The notes beneath the pieces are model-generated. The model did no database searches, was not told the origin of the DNA, and saw only the letters and a list, made by a program, of their open reading frames with translations. A DNA stretch of 64,000 nt from Eledone cirrhosa (taxonomy: Eukaryota): NCBI GenBank assembly GCA_964016885.1, contig CAXHJY010000861.1, forward strand, positions 186,001 to 250,000, given 5' to 3'. The position numbers and the translations under genes were made by a program. The number at the start of each line of letters is the position of its first letter. Within the stretch, counting starts at the first letter, position 1. Shown here piece by piece: positions 51,930 through 64,000 of this stretch.

Positions 51930-53935
51930 ACTGTGAAGGTACAAATCTCAGGACTGCCACCCCCAATGTTGGTCCCCTGAAAGGAAAATCATGTGAAAAT
52001 GTGGAACTGTTAGAGAGAAGAGAAGTAGGGATATGCTGTGTACAAGAAGTGAGATGGAGGGGTGCCTCAGTGAGACTAATCCTAGGCAAGCAACTTATAT
52101 ATAAACTCCAATAGATAGGAACTGGTGGAGAAATGGATATATAAGGTGATAGAGGTGGTTAGAGTGACAGGATCATCAAGCTTAGATTAACTGTAGGACA
52201 TAGAATGGTGACAATTATATCTACCTGTGTTCCACTGGCAGGCCTGGGTAAAGAACAAAAGGACAGGTTCTATGAGGAACTTTTACAGACAACTTCAGGT
52301 ATTGATGAGACCTCATCATCTTGGCAAGTGACTCCAAAGGACATGTGGGACAGTACCAGGACAGAGTCTGGAGTTCCTGGCAGCTATGGTTATGGCTGAA
52401 GGAATGAAGAGAGGCTGAGATTCCTGGAATTCTGTGATGCAAATAAACTAACCATTTACAACATAAATTTCAGAAAACCAACCACCTGATTACATATCAA
52501 TCAGGTGAACACACAAGCAAGATTGATTGCCTACCCATAAGAAAAGATAGACTGTAATAAACACTAAGGCCTACCCTGGGGAAGAATGCACCACCTAACA
52601 CAAGTTAGGTATTAGTGACGTCAAAATAAACATGAGACAGAACAAGATATGCAGGAAAATATGGAGTCAGAGGGTTTGGAAGCTAAAGGACCTTTCAGTT
52701 AAATATAGGTTTAGAAATCCCTACAGGATACAGTAGATAGGAGGGGTGATGAGCTAGATACATATAACATAGAGGACAACTGGAAATTCCTACGTGACAG
52801 CCTTTTGCAAACTACTGATGAGACTTGTTGGGGAAAAATGTGTTTGAAATGACGCTGGTGCTCTTAACACCACTGATGCTCAAAAGAAAGAGGCCAGGAA
52901 ATGTTACTATGAGAGATTGGTAAATGTTGAGAATGAATGGGAGGAAGAGAAGCTACCCCCAACTTACACAACAGAAGGACCAGCAATTGAAGTTGACAGT
53001 TATAGGGTTAAAGAAGCAATCAAGGAGATGAAAAATGGTAAAGCTGCAGAACCATCAGAGATAGTTGCTGAGCTGTTAAAAGTAGCAGAAGTATGAGTAA
53101 GACTAGTAACCCACTTAGTCAATCAGGTAATACAGGACTGAGTCATACCCAATGACTGGTGCAGCAGTACAATCATAAATTGTTACAAGGGCAAAGGTGA
53201 TGCCCTAGAAAGGAGCAACTATAGAGGAATAAAACTAACGGACTAAGTTATGGAAGTGACAGAAATAGTTATAACAACTAATTAGGGAAAGAATCAAAAT
53301 GAGATGCAGTTTGGTTTCATGCCTGGGAAAAGTACTGCAGATGCCCTCTTCTTAGTGAAGCAACTACAGAAGTTCCTAGCCAAGAATAAGCTGTTATATT
53401 TAGCTTTTGTTGATCTAGAAAAGGCCTTTGAGAAAGTACCCCGAACAGTTATCTGGTGGTCCTTAACAAGATTAAGTACAGAAGAATGGTTTGTGAGAGC
53501 AATGCAAGCTATGTACAAAGGAGCTGCCAGTAAAGTGAGAGCAGGAAGTGAGTTTAGTGAGAAATTCAAGGTACAGGTAGGAGTTCATCATGGTTTGGTT
53601 CTTAGCCAACTGGTGTTCATCACAGTTTTCCAGGCCAAAATAGAGGAGTTTAAAACTGGTTGTCTGTGGGAACTTCTCTATGCAGATGATTTGCTCCTTA
53701 TAGCCAAATCCATAAAAGAACTAGAAAATAAGTTATGACTATGGAAACGGAATTTAGAAACAAAAAGTCTAAGAATAAACTTATCAAAAACTAAAGTGCT
53801 AGTGAGTAGGAGAGAAAAGACCTTGATCCCTTCAGCGAAGTGGCCTTGCTCCATATGTAGGAAAGGAGTAGGCATAAACTCCATATGGTGTACCCAATGT
53901 AAATCTTGAGTACACAAGAGATGTAGTGGGATAAT
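51930..53935 (+). mobile_element. Old degenerate RTE LINE (APE + RT, many stops and deletions)
   Basis: LRTATPNVGPL...CCVQEVRWRG; MQFGFMPGKST...FVDLEKAF...LLYADD; WPCSICRKGVG. Confidence 0.92.
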
Positions 53936-54003
53936 AGCCTCACTTTCATAACTCCTAAATTTTGTTTTCAAATCCATATTTAATAAAAACACCATGTTAT
54001 TTA

Positions 54004-54064
54004 TTCATTCTGACGACTGAAGACAGACATAACATCTGCCGTCAAGAAACCACTGGTAAATGAA
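54004..54064 (+). ncRNA. Type I hammerhead ribozyme motif with intact core in a pLTR-like remnant (53940-54110)
   Basis: ttcatt-CTGACGA-ctga(...)tcaa-GAAA-cc-act-gGTA-aatgaa. Stem I is a perfect 6 bp, stem III is 3 bp, and stem II closes with a C-A mismatch. Confidence 0.75.
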
Positions 54065-54111
54065 ATAATTATCTTACGTTGTTTATTACATAGCTAAATA
54101 AATAAATAAAT

Positions 54112-54789
54112 ACATATATATATATATAAATGGCAATTTCTGTCTGTTTGTTTGTGTGTTTGTTTATGATCCTAAAACTCAAAAACTACCAAACCGATTT
54201 TGATGAAACTTGACAAGTGTGTGGGGCTCATGCCCATTTGATTTCTTACGTTATTTCATTTTAATCAAAGAGTTCCCCGGGGGTTAAAACCCCCGCTTAA
54301 TTTTTTCCCTTCAATTTATAAGATATGCCTATTCACAAAATTTCAGCAAATTTCAATAATATTAAGACACCCTAATGGGGGTTAAACCCCCTGTAGTAAA
54401 AATTTGGGCCAATAAATGGAACAAGTTTTCATAGACTCCTCCTAGGATTTTGGAGATAGACCCCTATAACCATATATATTCTGAAACTACATTGTCCAGG
54501 GTACTTGGATAAGTATATTTCATTTTAATCAAAGGGTTCCCCGGGGGCACAAAACTCCTGCTGAAAATTTTTTCCCTTTGATTTATATGAAATTTAAACC
54601 ATAGCTAAATGACAAGATATGATGCCTATTCACAAAATTTCAATAATATTAAGATGGACGTTAAACGAATTTGTCTTCACTTTTGATTATCTGTCCTATT
54701 TGATTTCATTTTTGGTCTGAGATGCTTTGACATTTTAATGGGAACTGGGAATACCCCCCGCTCCCGGGTATTACCGGGTACCTCAGCTA

Positions 54790-54790
<1 letters not shown>
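54112..54790 (+). mobile_element. Non-autonomous Helitron-type element
   Basis: The 5' end reads tatataaatggcaatttctgtctgtttgtttg. A 3' hairpin cccgg/ccggg (54763-78) is followed by CTAG|T at 54787-90. There is an internal imperfect duplication, ~54255-54365 versus ~54517-54653. Confidence 0.8.
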
Positions 54791-54831
<41 letters not shown>

Positions 54832-54833
<2 letters not shown>

Positions 54834-55165
54834 GTGTGTTAGGAAATTCCGAAGGAAAAGCAAAGGAAAAAAGAGTGCTCTATGTATAGAACAGAGCTAT
54901 TTAATTAGAAAGTGAACTACACAAAATATAACTAATCCATTACGAAAGGTTTCTGGATCCCAGACAATATTAATTATGTCTGGATCGGTCATCAGACAGA
55001 GATGTTATGGAGAAAAAATATGGATTAAAAATATATAATCTCATTTCATATTTTTTCTCCATAACATCTGTCTGATGACTGATCCAGACATAATTAATAT
55101 TGTCTGGGATCCAGAAACCTTTCGTAATGGAGTAGTTATATTTTGTGTTCACTTTCTAATTAAAT
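54832..55165. mobile_element. Fold-back element with a hammerhead motif on each arm; same family as 28805
   Basis: ~120-bp inverted arms at 54900-55021 and 55048-55163. Hammerhead motifs at 54935-55001 (-) and 55066-55132 (+) read CTGATGA...GAAAcctttcGTA. Confidence 0.82.
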
Positions 55166-55293
55166 ATATATGTATATATATGTGTATGTATATATATATG
55201 CATATGTATGTATATGTATATATGTATATGTATATGTATATATATATGTATATGTGTATATATATATATATGTATATGTATATGTGTATATAT

Positions 55294-55325
<32 letters not shown>

Positions 55326-55955
55326 GTATATATATATGTATATGTGTATATATATATATATATGTATATATATATGTATATGTATATATATATATATGTA
55401 TATATATATGTATATGTATATATATATGTATATATATATGTACATGTATATATATATGTATGTATATATATGTACATGTATATATATATATGTATGTATA
55501 TACATGTATATGTATATATATGTACATGTATATATATATATGTATGTATATACATGTATATGTATATATATATATATGTATGTATATACATGTATATATA
55601 TATGTATGTATATGTATATATATATGTACATGTATATATATATATGTATATACATGTATATATATATATGTATATACATGAGAGATGTAAAATAAGAAAA
55701 TTATAAAATTAACTTACTTACTAAAAAATCACTTCCAACTAATTAGTTTCTGGAATGGAGTAAATATATTTTCCGATGTATATATATATGTATGTATATA
55801 TATATGTACATGTATATATATATGTATGTATATATATATATGTATGTATATATATATATATATATGTATGTATATGTATATATATATATATATATGTGTA
55901 TGTATATGTATATATATATATATGTATGTATATGTATACATATATATGTACATGT
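55165..55955. repeat. (TA)/(TATG)/(TACATG) microsatellite tracts
   Basis: Direct reading; interrupted at ~55680-55775. Confidence 0.95.
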
Positions 55956-55956
55956 A

Positions 55957-56766
55957 TCATCATCATCATCATCATCAACGTTTAACGTCCGTGTTCCACG
56001 CTTGCATGGGTTTGGACGGGGGTAGTCCCACTTGAGGCAAGAGTGATTGTCTTGCTCGCATAGGACTGTCTGGCAGGTTTTCTACAGTTGGATGCCCTTC
56101 CTAACACCAACCACATTTACAGTGTGGGTCTGGGAGGTTTTTACCGTGTTGCCTACACGGCCACATTACAGCGTGGACTGTGTGTTTTTTTGTCGTGACA
56201 CCTACACGATCTCATTTGTTTCGGCCTGGATGGCGCGGCACCAACATATCTTTACATAGAACGGGGTGGTGTGGATGGGGTGGGGGTGGGGGTGGTGGGA
56301 CGGGGTGTATTTTGTTAGAGATGCCTACTGGCTGTAGTAGGTTTTACTATATATTTAGGTAAGGCGGGTCTTCTCTGTTACTGAGTACCGCCAAAGGTCT
56401 CGGTCCAGTGACATTGTCTTGGAGAGGTGTAAGTGTGTGAGGTCAGAGTTTATCAGCTCGTCCCAGGTTTTTCTAGGTCTGCCTATTCCGTGGCTACCGT
56501 CTATCTTTATTGCCCTGCACTTTGTTATACAGCTATCGTCCTTCATGCGCATCACGTGTCCATACCAACGTAGCCTTCTCTCGAGTAAACATCTGATCCC
56601 TCTTATCTCTAATTTTTCCCTTAGTTCGTTTATGCTTTGCCGTTCACATATATTACTGTTGCACATCCAGCGGAGCATGCAAGCTTCGTTCCTCTCTAGT
56701 CTGCGTATATCCTCTGCACACAATGCCCAGGTCTCACTGCCATGCAACATTGCTGTTCGTATGCAG
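55957..56766 (-). mobile_element. 5'-truncated RTE LINE
   Basis: IRTAMLHGSETWALCAED...RRLRWYGHVMR...GRPRKTW, with 3' UTR and (GAT)n tail. Confidence 0.92.
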
Positions 56767-56844
56767 ATATATGTATGTATATACATATATATATATGTAT
56801 GTATATACATATATATATATGTATGTATATACATATATATATAT

Positions 56845-57058
56845 GAGTGGCTGAGTGGTAAGAGAATTGGATTCGCAATCGTGAGGTTGTGAGTTCGATC
56901 CCGCACCGGCTGATGCGTTATGTCCTTGAGCAAGACACTTTATTTCACGTTGCTCCTTCTAGCTGGAGTTGCGACCAATAGAGAGTATTAGCAATCAGAA
57001 AGACCCATGGAAACATTGTTTCCTCGGTCCGATTTGACGAAAGTCGATCGACTGACGA
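56845..57058 (+). mobile_element. tRNA-derived SINE with CORE-like domain
   Basis: A box tggctgagtgg, B box gttcgatccc, core tgtccttgagcaagacactttatttcac. Confidence 0.8.
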
Positions 57059-57126
57059 TATGTATATATGTATGTGTATATATATATATATGTGTATGTA
57101 TATACATGTATATATATATGTGTATG

Positions 57127-57157
<31 letters not shown>

Positions 57158-57254
57158 ATGTATATGTATGTATATGTATATATATATATATATGTATATG
57201 TATATATATATGTACATGTATATATATATATGTATGTATGTATATACATGTATC

Positions 57255-57481
57255 AGACAGTCCACGCTGTAATGTGGCCGTGTAGGCAACACGGTAAAAA
57301 CCTCCCAGCCCCACACTGTAAATGTGGTTGGTGTTAGGAAGGGCATCCAGCTGTAGAAAACCTGCCAGACAGTCCTATGCGAGCAAGACAACCACTCTTG
57401 CCTCAAGTGGGACTACCCCCGTCCAAACCCATGCAAGCGTGGAACACGGACGCTAAACCTGATGATGATGATGATGATGAT
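57255..57481 (+). mobile_element. RTE 3' UTR fragment, inverted near-identical to 55957-56180
   Basis: Direct comparison shows only a handful of differences over ~205 bp. Confidence 0.88.
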
Positions 57482-57517
57482 ATGTATGTATGTATATACA
57501 TGTATATATATATATAT

Positions 57518-58125
57518 GTCAGGTCACCACTTGGTGCTACTGGTAACATGTATCCCAGTACAACCTGTCTCATGGTCGGGTCGTTGGCGACTAAACTGGC
57601 AACCCACCAAGGTTTCTTGGTGAGGAGGGTGACTTTGGACATCCTGCAGGACTAAAAACAAAACCTGTCAAAGGGCAAAGGAGCTCTTAAGAATCAATGG
57701 CCATCCAAAATCACTGGGAGAGCTGACCCCTTAGCCTTTGTCAAGGTAGAATTCTAGGAGAAGGAAAACTCTGATATAACACCTGCAACCCTGATGGTAT
57801 CCAATGATGTTGACTTGTTCTTCTTTTTGGTAAATATCATCTTGGTTAAGAGAGTGGGACTGGCTTTGTGCAGTGCCTTTGCTCACTATAAAAGCTTCAC
57901 GGCACAGGCATTGCTTTGTATCTGGAGATCTCTCTGCACTTGTCGTCACATGGTACCAAAGGCAAAGCACTATGTGTCAATAATTGTCACAAGTGTAGTG
58001 TTTGTACCAGAGTTTTCAAGTCGCTGGCTGGACTAAAAAGTCACACTCGTTCAGCGCATCGGTAGGGGTTCTCCTACATGGATATAAAGTAGTGGCCGTA
58101 CTCGAAAACGAGTTGGCAGCCACCA
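57518..58125 (+). mobile_element. Probable RTE-type 5' UTR fragment
   Basis: aggagaaggaaaactctga motif and a degenerate HDV-like fold at its start; no ORF. Confidence 0.35.
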
Positions 58126-58248
58126 TATATATATATATCTATGTATATATATATATATATGTATGTATATGTATATATGCACATGTATATATATATATAT
58201 GTATGTATATGTATATATGTACATGTATATATGTATGTATATGTGTGT

Positions 58249-58300
<52 letters not shown>

Positions 58301-58470
58301 GTACATGTATATGTATATATATATGTACATGTATATGTATGTATATGTATATGTATGTATATGTATATATATATATGTACATGTATATGTATGTATATGT
58401 ATATATATATGTACATGTATATGTATATATATATATATGTACATGTATGTATATATATATATATATATAT
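58125..58470. repeat. (TA)/(TATG) microsatellite
   Basis: Direct reading. Confidence 0.95.
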
Positions 58471-58633
58471 ACACTGTAAACGTGGTTGGTGTTAGGAAGG
58501 GCATCCAGCCATAGAAAACCCGCCAGACAGTCCTATACGAGCAGGATAACCAATCTTGCCTCAAGTGGGAAAACTCCCATCCAAACCCATGCAAGCATTG
58601 AAGATGGATGTTAAACGATGATGATGATGATGA
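58471..58633 (+). mobile_element. RTE 3' UTR fragment
   Basis: ggtgttaggaagggcatccagcc...gttaaacgatgatgatg. Confidence 0.85.
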
Positions 58634-58688
58634 TATATGTATATATATGTATACGTACATATATGTGTATATGTATATTTATATATGA

Positions 58689-59025
58689 AGGCACATGGCT
58701 TAGTGGTTAGAGCATTGGCCTTGCAATCGAAAGGTTGTGAGTTCAATTCTCAGACCGCGTGATGTGTTGTTTCCTTGAGCAAGACACTTTATTTCACATT
58801 GCTCCATTTTACTCAGCTGTAGAAATGAGATGATAGGGACTGGGGTCCATATCATTCCACTGCAAAGTGGTTGTGGAGGTGCCACGGCAAAAAAGCACCC
58901 AGCACTCACTGTAAATGAGGTTGGTATTAGGAAGGGCATCCAGCTGTAGAAATCAAGCCAAAATCAGTTCCCGTCCCACCTTTGCAAGCAGGGAAAAAGC
59001 GGACGTAAAATGAAATGATGAATGA
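58689..59025 (+). mobile_element. CORE-like SINE head joined to an RTE-type tail
   Basis: A box tggcttagtgg, B box gttcaattct, core ccttgagcaagacactttatttcac; the tail matches 16864-17033. Confidence 0.78.
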
Positions 59026-59045
59026 TGTGTGTATATATATGTATG

Positions 59046-59083
<38 letters not shown>

Positions 59084-59312
59084 TGTATATATATATATGT
59101 ATGTATATATATATATATATGTAAATGTACATATGTGTATATATATGTATATTTATATATATATGTGTGTATATATATAGTTTCAGAAGATCCCGTTAAG
59201 GGTGAAAGAATCGATTCTTTGCTGAAACTTTAATCTGTTATTTTAATAAATATATATATACGTATATATATATGTATATGTACATATGTATAGATGTATA
59301 TTTATATATATA

Positions 59313-59359
<47 letters not shown>

Positions 59360-59360
<1 letters not shown>

Positions 59361-59773
59361 GTTCAAGAGTAACCAATCTTAATTGAGATAGTAGAGGAGA
59401 TATGAGAGGAAAGATTGGTGAGTTAGTTAGAAGCCAAAGCGTAAAGGCATGTGCTCAATGTGCAATATGCAGTAGAAAGCAGCTAGGTGGCTGGGTTCAT
59501 GCAGAGGTTAGGTGCGCAGAGCTGGAAATATTCATTAGTTAAGCAAAACAAGACCACAAATTTCACAAGGAAGACATTATTAAAAGATCGTCAACATATT
59601 TAGTTTGATGTAAGGAATATTATACGGACTAGCGAAACAATTGTAAACGGGCATTATTATTATTATTATTATTATTCTCTACATTCCTTATATCAAACTA
59701 AATATGTTGACAATCTTTTCATAATGTCTTCCTTGTGAAATTTGTGGTCTTGTTTTGCTTAACTAATGAATAT
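59360..59773. mobile_element. Fold-back element in (TA)n
   Basis: 91-bp inverted arms at 59528-59618 and 59683-59773. The spacer contains GAAACAATTGTA and (ATT)n. Confidence 0.75.
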
Positions 59774-60373
59774 ATATATATATATTTTAGTTGATTCTAT
59801 TGACTGATGAATAGCTTTTGTTAACTTTAAAACCATTCTGTTGAGAACTTAATTCATTTTGTGGTATTTTGCAATTTTGCAATAATCTACACATACCGAA
59901 TTCATCCGCCAAAAATAAGGGTTGCCTCCCTTGTTTAGCCCCACGTGGATATTGGTAATGGTCAATCCTTGGCCTGGCACTTGAACTAAAAGCCTGTTGA
60001 GAAAGTGACTTCCTTGTTCAATCATCTTACCAAAAGCTTAACATTATTTGTCGAAGCGGACAGTACTTGAGTTAGGAGTTGCAGAAACCCAAATGCTGGA
60101 TTCTCACCAACCATCCAGGGGTCCGGGTAAATTTTTCAATCATATTTTTTTATTTGTTTGACCCGAATTACTTGGTCGTTTCTATGGCTGTGCGGATAAT
60201 GGTTTCACCATCGTCTCAGTGTGTTTGGCCTTTTAACGTATGTTGTAGCTCTGGTTCGTTAGAATTTATTGAGCACTTGCCACACATCTCGGAAGTTGTT
60301 TTTCGCTAATTTCCAAAGCCGAAATATGATTCTCGCTAATTTATATTTGTATATATATATATATATATATATA

Positions 60374-61165
60374 TCCCTTGCCCATTCATCTATCTGTATC
60401 ATATCGCCCAGAATACAACCTTTTCTTTTTTTCTTTTTCAATGCTATTCGATAATTCTGTCTGATCATTCAAATAATCTTCTTGTATTTTAAAATCCCAC
60501 AAATCTTCCCTTATTACAGTTATATGCTCATTCGATTATGGCCAAAATTTTGTGGATTTTATTTTATAACCTTCTCGCTAACTACCCTAGTTATATGCTC
60601 GTCCAATTATGGCCAAAAATTCGTGGATTTTATTCTATAAACTTCTCTCGATTTTTATTTTTATAAAATAATTTCCTCGCTCGTTTAAATATGGTCGAAA
60701 TTCTAGGATTTCATAAAGTACCCTTCTCGCTCCCTACTATACTCCCCCCCCCCCCATACATTGTATACATGCCTGCTGGCTCTCTTTCAATCCCATCCCC
60801 TCTCTCTTCAAACATAAAATAAACTGTTGCGGTGTACGAAACTCAGAATTTCTCGAACCATATTCTTGGCTACATCGCTCGCTTGCTCTTCTGTGAAATG
60901 TAATGTAATGTACGAATCCTATTTTCTCGTCTCTCCATGTTCCCTTGTCCATTCATCTATCTGTATCATATCGCCCAGAATACAACCTTTTCTTTTTTTC
61001 TTTTTCAATGTTATTCGATAATTCTGTCTGATCATTCAAATAATCTTCTTGTATTTTAAAATCCCACAAATCTTCCCTTGTTACAGTTATATGCTCATTC
61101 GATTATGGCCAAAATTTTGTGGATTTTATTTTATAACCTTCTCGCTAACTACCCCCCCCCCCCCC
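60374..61165. repeat. 214-bp direct repeat pair with internal ~60-bp subrepeats and poly-C runs
   Basis: 60374-60587 is nearly identical to 60941-61154. Confidence 0.88.
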
Positions 61166-61199
61166 ACTCACCATCATTATTATTACTTGGACCAATCAT

Positions 61200-63196
61200 A
61201 GGTCAGCAGCCCATGTTATCACTTAAGTTTAGACCTGGTTGCCTTTCGATATGATGGATGGACTACGGAATTCTGGAGAGTCTGAAAAATCTGGACACTC
61301 AGTGACAATGCCAAAGACAAATTCACCTCATGCTGTTGGACGAGAATGCAAGGACTCCTCTTTATTTAGGCCGCGGACGGCTAACATAGCCCCATCTCCC
61401 TCACCCCTCCCTGCGCCCTGTCCTCTCCACCCACCAAATGCAATCCAAAACTTCAGAGTTGGTACCATGAATGTAGGTACCTTAAAAGGTCGCTCTAACG
61501 AGGTTGTAGAGATGCTTGAATGTAAGGAGGTTGATGTTTGCTGTATTCAAGAGACCAGGTGGAGGGGTGGGTCTGCTAGATTCATTGTGGGTAAAAAACA
61601 ATGCTATAAGCTTTTGTGGGTGGGAAATGACAATGGGTTGGGTGGAGTAGGAATCATGGTAGCAGAAAAGTGGGCAGGTAAGATAATAGACGTAAATAGA
61701 TGACCGACAGAATAATTAAAATAAGACTTGTCTTCAATAGAACTACTGTGACAATAATATCTGCGTATGCACCCCAATCCCGACTGCCTGGCATTATAAA
61801 AGACAGATTCTATGAGTCGTTAATGCTCATTACCTCCCAAATAACCGACAGTGACTATATAATTATTGCTAGTGACCTAAATGGTCACATTGGACAACAC
61901 TGTGACGGCTATGACGGAATCCATGGAGGCTATGGGTTTGGTACTAGAAATGAAGAAGGCTCCAGAATCCTGGAATTCTGTGACGCAAATAACCTAACTA
62001 TCTGTAACACAAACTTCAAAAAACAAGACAATCACTTGATCACCTATAGATCATGGGAACACGCCAGTCAGATAGATTATATCCTTACCAGAAGACGAGA
62101 CAGAGTGTCTGTTGTAAACACCAAATCCCTCCCCCATGAAGAATGCACCTCCCAACATAGTCTCATAGTTAGCGACCTCATAGTCAGGACGAGACGTACT
62201 CGACAACAGAGAAGGACTATCCTTAGGAGAAAAATATGGAAGTTAAAGGACCCCACAGCCAGTAATAAATTTAAAAGCATATTACTTGATGCTTTTGACA
62301 GTAAGGAAGAGCAATTAGAGTCGTACAATATAGAGGAACAGTGGGAATTCCTGAAAGCTAACCTGCTGAAGGCGACAGATGAAATCTGTGGCTGGAGCAG
62401 ACCTAGATGGCAGGAGGAGAGTAACTTGGTGGTGGAACAGTAAGGTGGAGGAGTCGATCAAGGCCAAAAAGCAGGCTTGGAAAGTATGGCGGGATGGGGG
62501 AAGTACAGAAGACTATCAAGTGGCCAGGAGGGAAGCTAGGAGACAAGTGTACTTCGCAAGAAGGGAAGCAGAGGAAAGAAAGTTCAAGCATGTTCTACAA
62601 CGCAAGGACCAAAAACATGAGGTGTTCAGGATTGCTAGGCAATGTGTCAAGGAAAACCGTGATATTGTCGGGGAGAAGTGTGTCCTTAATGATGATGGTA
62701 TACTTGCCATCACTGACGCTGATAAGAAGGTAGCTTGGAAGTGTCACTACGAAAGGCTACTAAATGAGGAGAATAATTGGGAGAAAGACAGTCTCCCCCA
62801 CATCGATCCAATAGAAGGACCAGCAGTGCAAGTTGAAAGTAGTATAATAAGTAAGGCGATCAAAGACATGAAGACAGGCAAGGCGGCTGGGCCTTCGGAA
62901 ATGGTTGCTGAAATGCTGAAAGCATGTGGAACGGTGGGACACACTATGGTCACCTGGATAGTAAACCAAATCATACAGAATGGGGTCGTTCCAAAGGACT
63001 GGCGCAGCAGCATCATCATTAACTGCTACAAGGGTAAAGGAGATGCTCTAGATAGAGGAAACTATAGAGGCATTAAACTAATTGACCAGGTCATGAAGGT
63101 CATAGAAAAAGTAATAGCGCAACCAATCAGAGAGTGAATTGATCTAGATGAAATGCAGTTCGGGTTTGTGTCAGGTAAAAGTACAACAGACGCTCT

Positions 63197-63197
<1 letters not shown>
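61200..63197 (+). mobile_element. RTE LINE 5' portion (APE + start of RT), frameshifted, truncated at (TA)n
   Basis: FRVGTMNVGTL, CCIQETRWRG, ISAYAPQ, DLNGHIG, QIDYIL, QHSL, MKTGKAAGP, KGKGD...NYRGIKL, MQFGF. Confidence 0.94.
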
Positions 63198-63227
<30 letters not shown>

Positions 63228-63324
63228 GTATATATATGTACATGTACATGTATATATATATATATACATGTATATATATATATATATACATGTATATATA
63301 TATATGTATATATATATGTACATG

Positions 63325-63355
<31 letters not shown>

Positions 63356-63426
63356 GTACATGTATATATATATATGTATATATATATATGTACATGTATA
63401 TATATATATATATATATATGTACATG

Positions 63427-63477
<51 letters not shown>

Positions 63478-63508
63478 ATATATATACATGTATATATATA
63501 TACATGTA

Positions 63509-63542
<34 letters not shown>

Positions 63543-63629
63543 GATATAAATGTACATATACATATATATATATAAATGTACATGTATATATATATACATG
63601 TATATATATATACATGTATATATATATAC

Positions 63630-63704
<75 letters not shown>

Positions 63705-63773
63705 GATATATATATATATAGATATAAATGTACATATACATATATATATATATAAATGTACATGTATATATAT

Positions 63774-63812
<39 letters not shown>
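63197..63812. repeat. (TA)n/(TACATG) microsatellite
   Basis: Direct reading. Confidence 0.95.
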
Positions 63813-63815
<3 letters not shown>

Positions 63816-64000
63816 TTTACGTATCGAGAAAGAGAGAAAAAGGAGGGATAGGTGATACATATAGTTATTTGCCAAGTAGCGTATGCCAAAGGTGCTCGAT
63901 ACTAGTGCCGGCAGTATTAAATATTCGAAGTGTTAATATTTAGTGGGCTAGAGAGTTAGCAGAGCGTAAGCACGTGGGAAAGTAAAAAATCGGAGAATAG

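Noticed and set aside
56845-56915. tRNA gene
   Set aside because: The A/B boxes run into a SINE core with no proper acceptor stem; this is a SINE head.
61194-61297. HDV-like fold at the RTE 5' end
   Set aside because: P1-, P2- and P4-like pairings are possible, but the catalytic C is missing and the P3 geometry is wrong.

Overview
This is eukaryotic, repeat-dominated animal DNA. The RTE/SINE tails, (TA)n tracts and SINE cores suggest an octopus or other coleoid cephalopod, which is an inference. One host gene is visible by eye but absent from the ORF track: two phase-0 GT-AG exons on the minus strand (26364-26501, 17090-17230) encoding the N-terminal part of malonyl-CoA decarboxylase (MLYCD), plus a tentative first coding exon at 38815-38889. 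Its introns and upstream region hold five satellite/minisatellite arrays (48, 24, 41, 45 and ~40 bp units) and complex microsatellites. They also hold many RTE LINE fragments, a near full-length degenerate CR1 LINE, tRNA-derived SINEs, two non-autonomous Helitrons, a 602-bp LTR-like insertion and Penelope-like (GIY-YIG) remnants. The most unusual signal is a set of type I hammerhead-ribozyme motifs (13.8, 16.8, 28.9, 54.0, 54.9 and 55.1 kb), several inside small fold-back elements sitting in (TA)n. One has an intact core, lies sense to the MLYCD pre-mRNA, and is preceded by its own antisense arm. All long ORFs over the satellites and microsatellites are treated as artefacts. Alignments and folds were done by eye; no searches were run.
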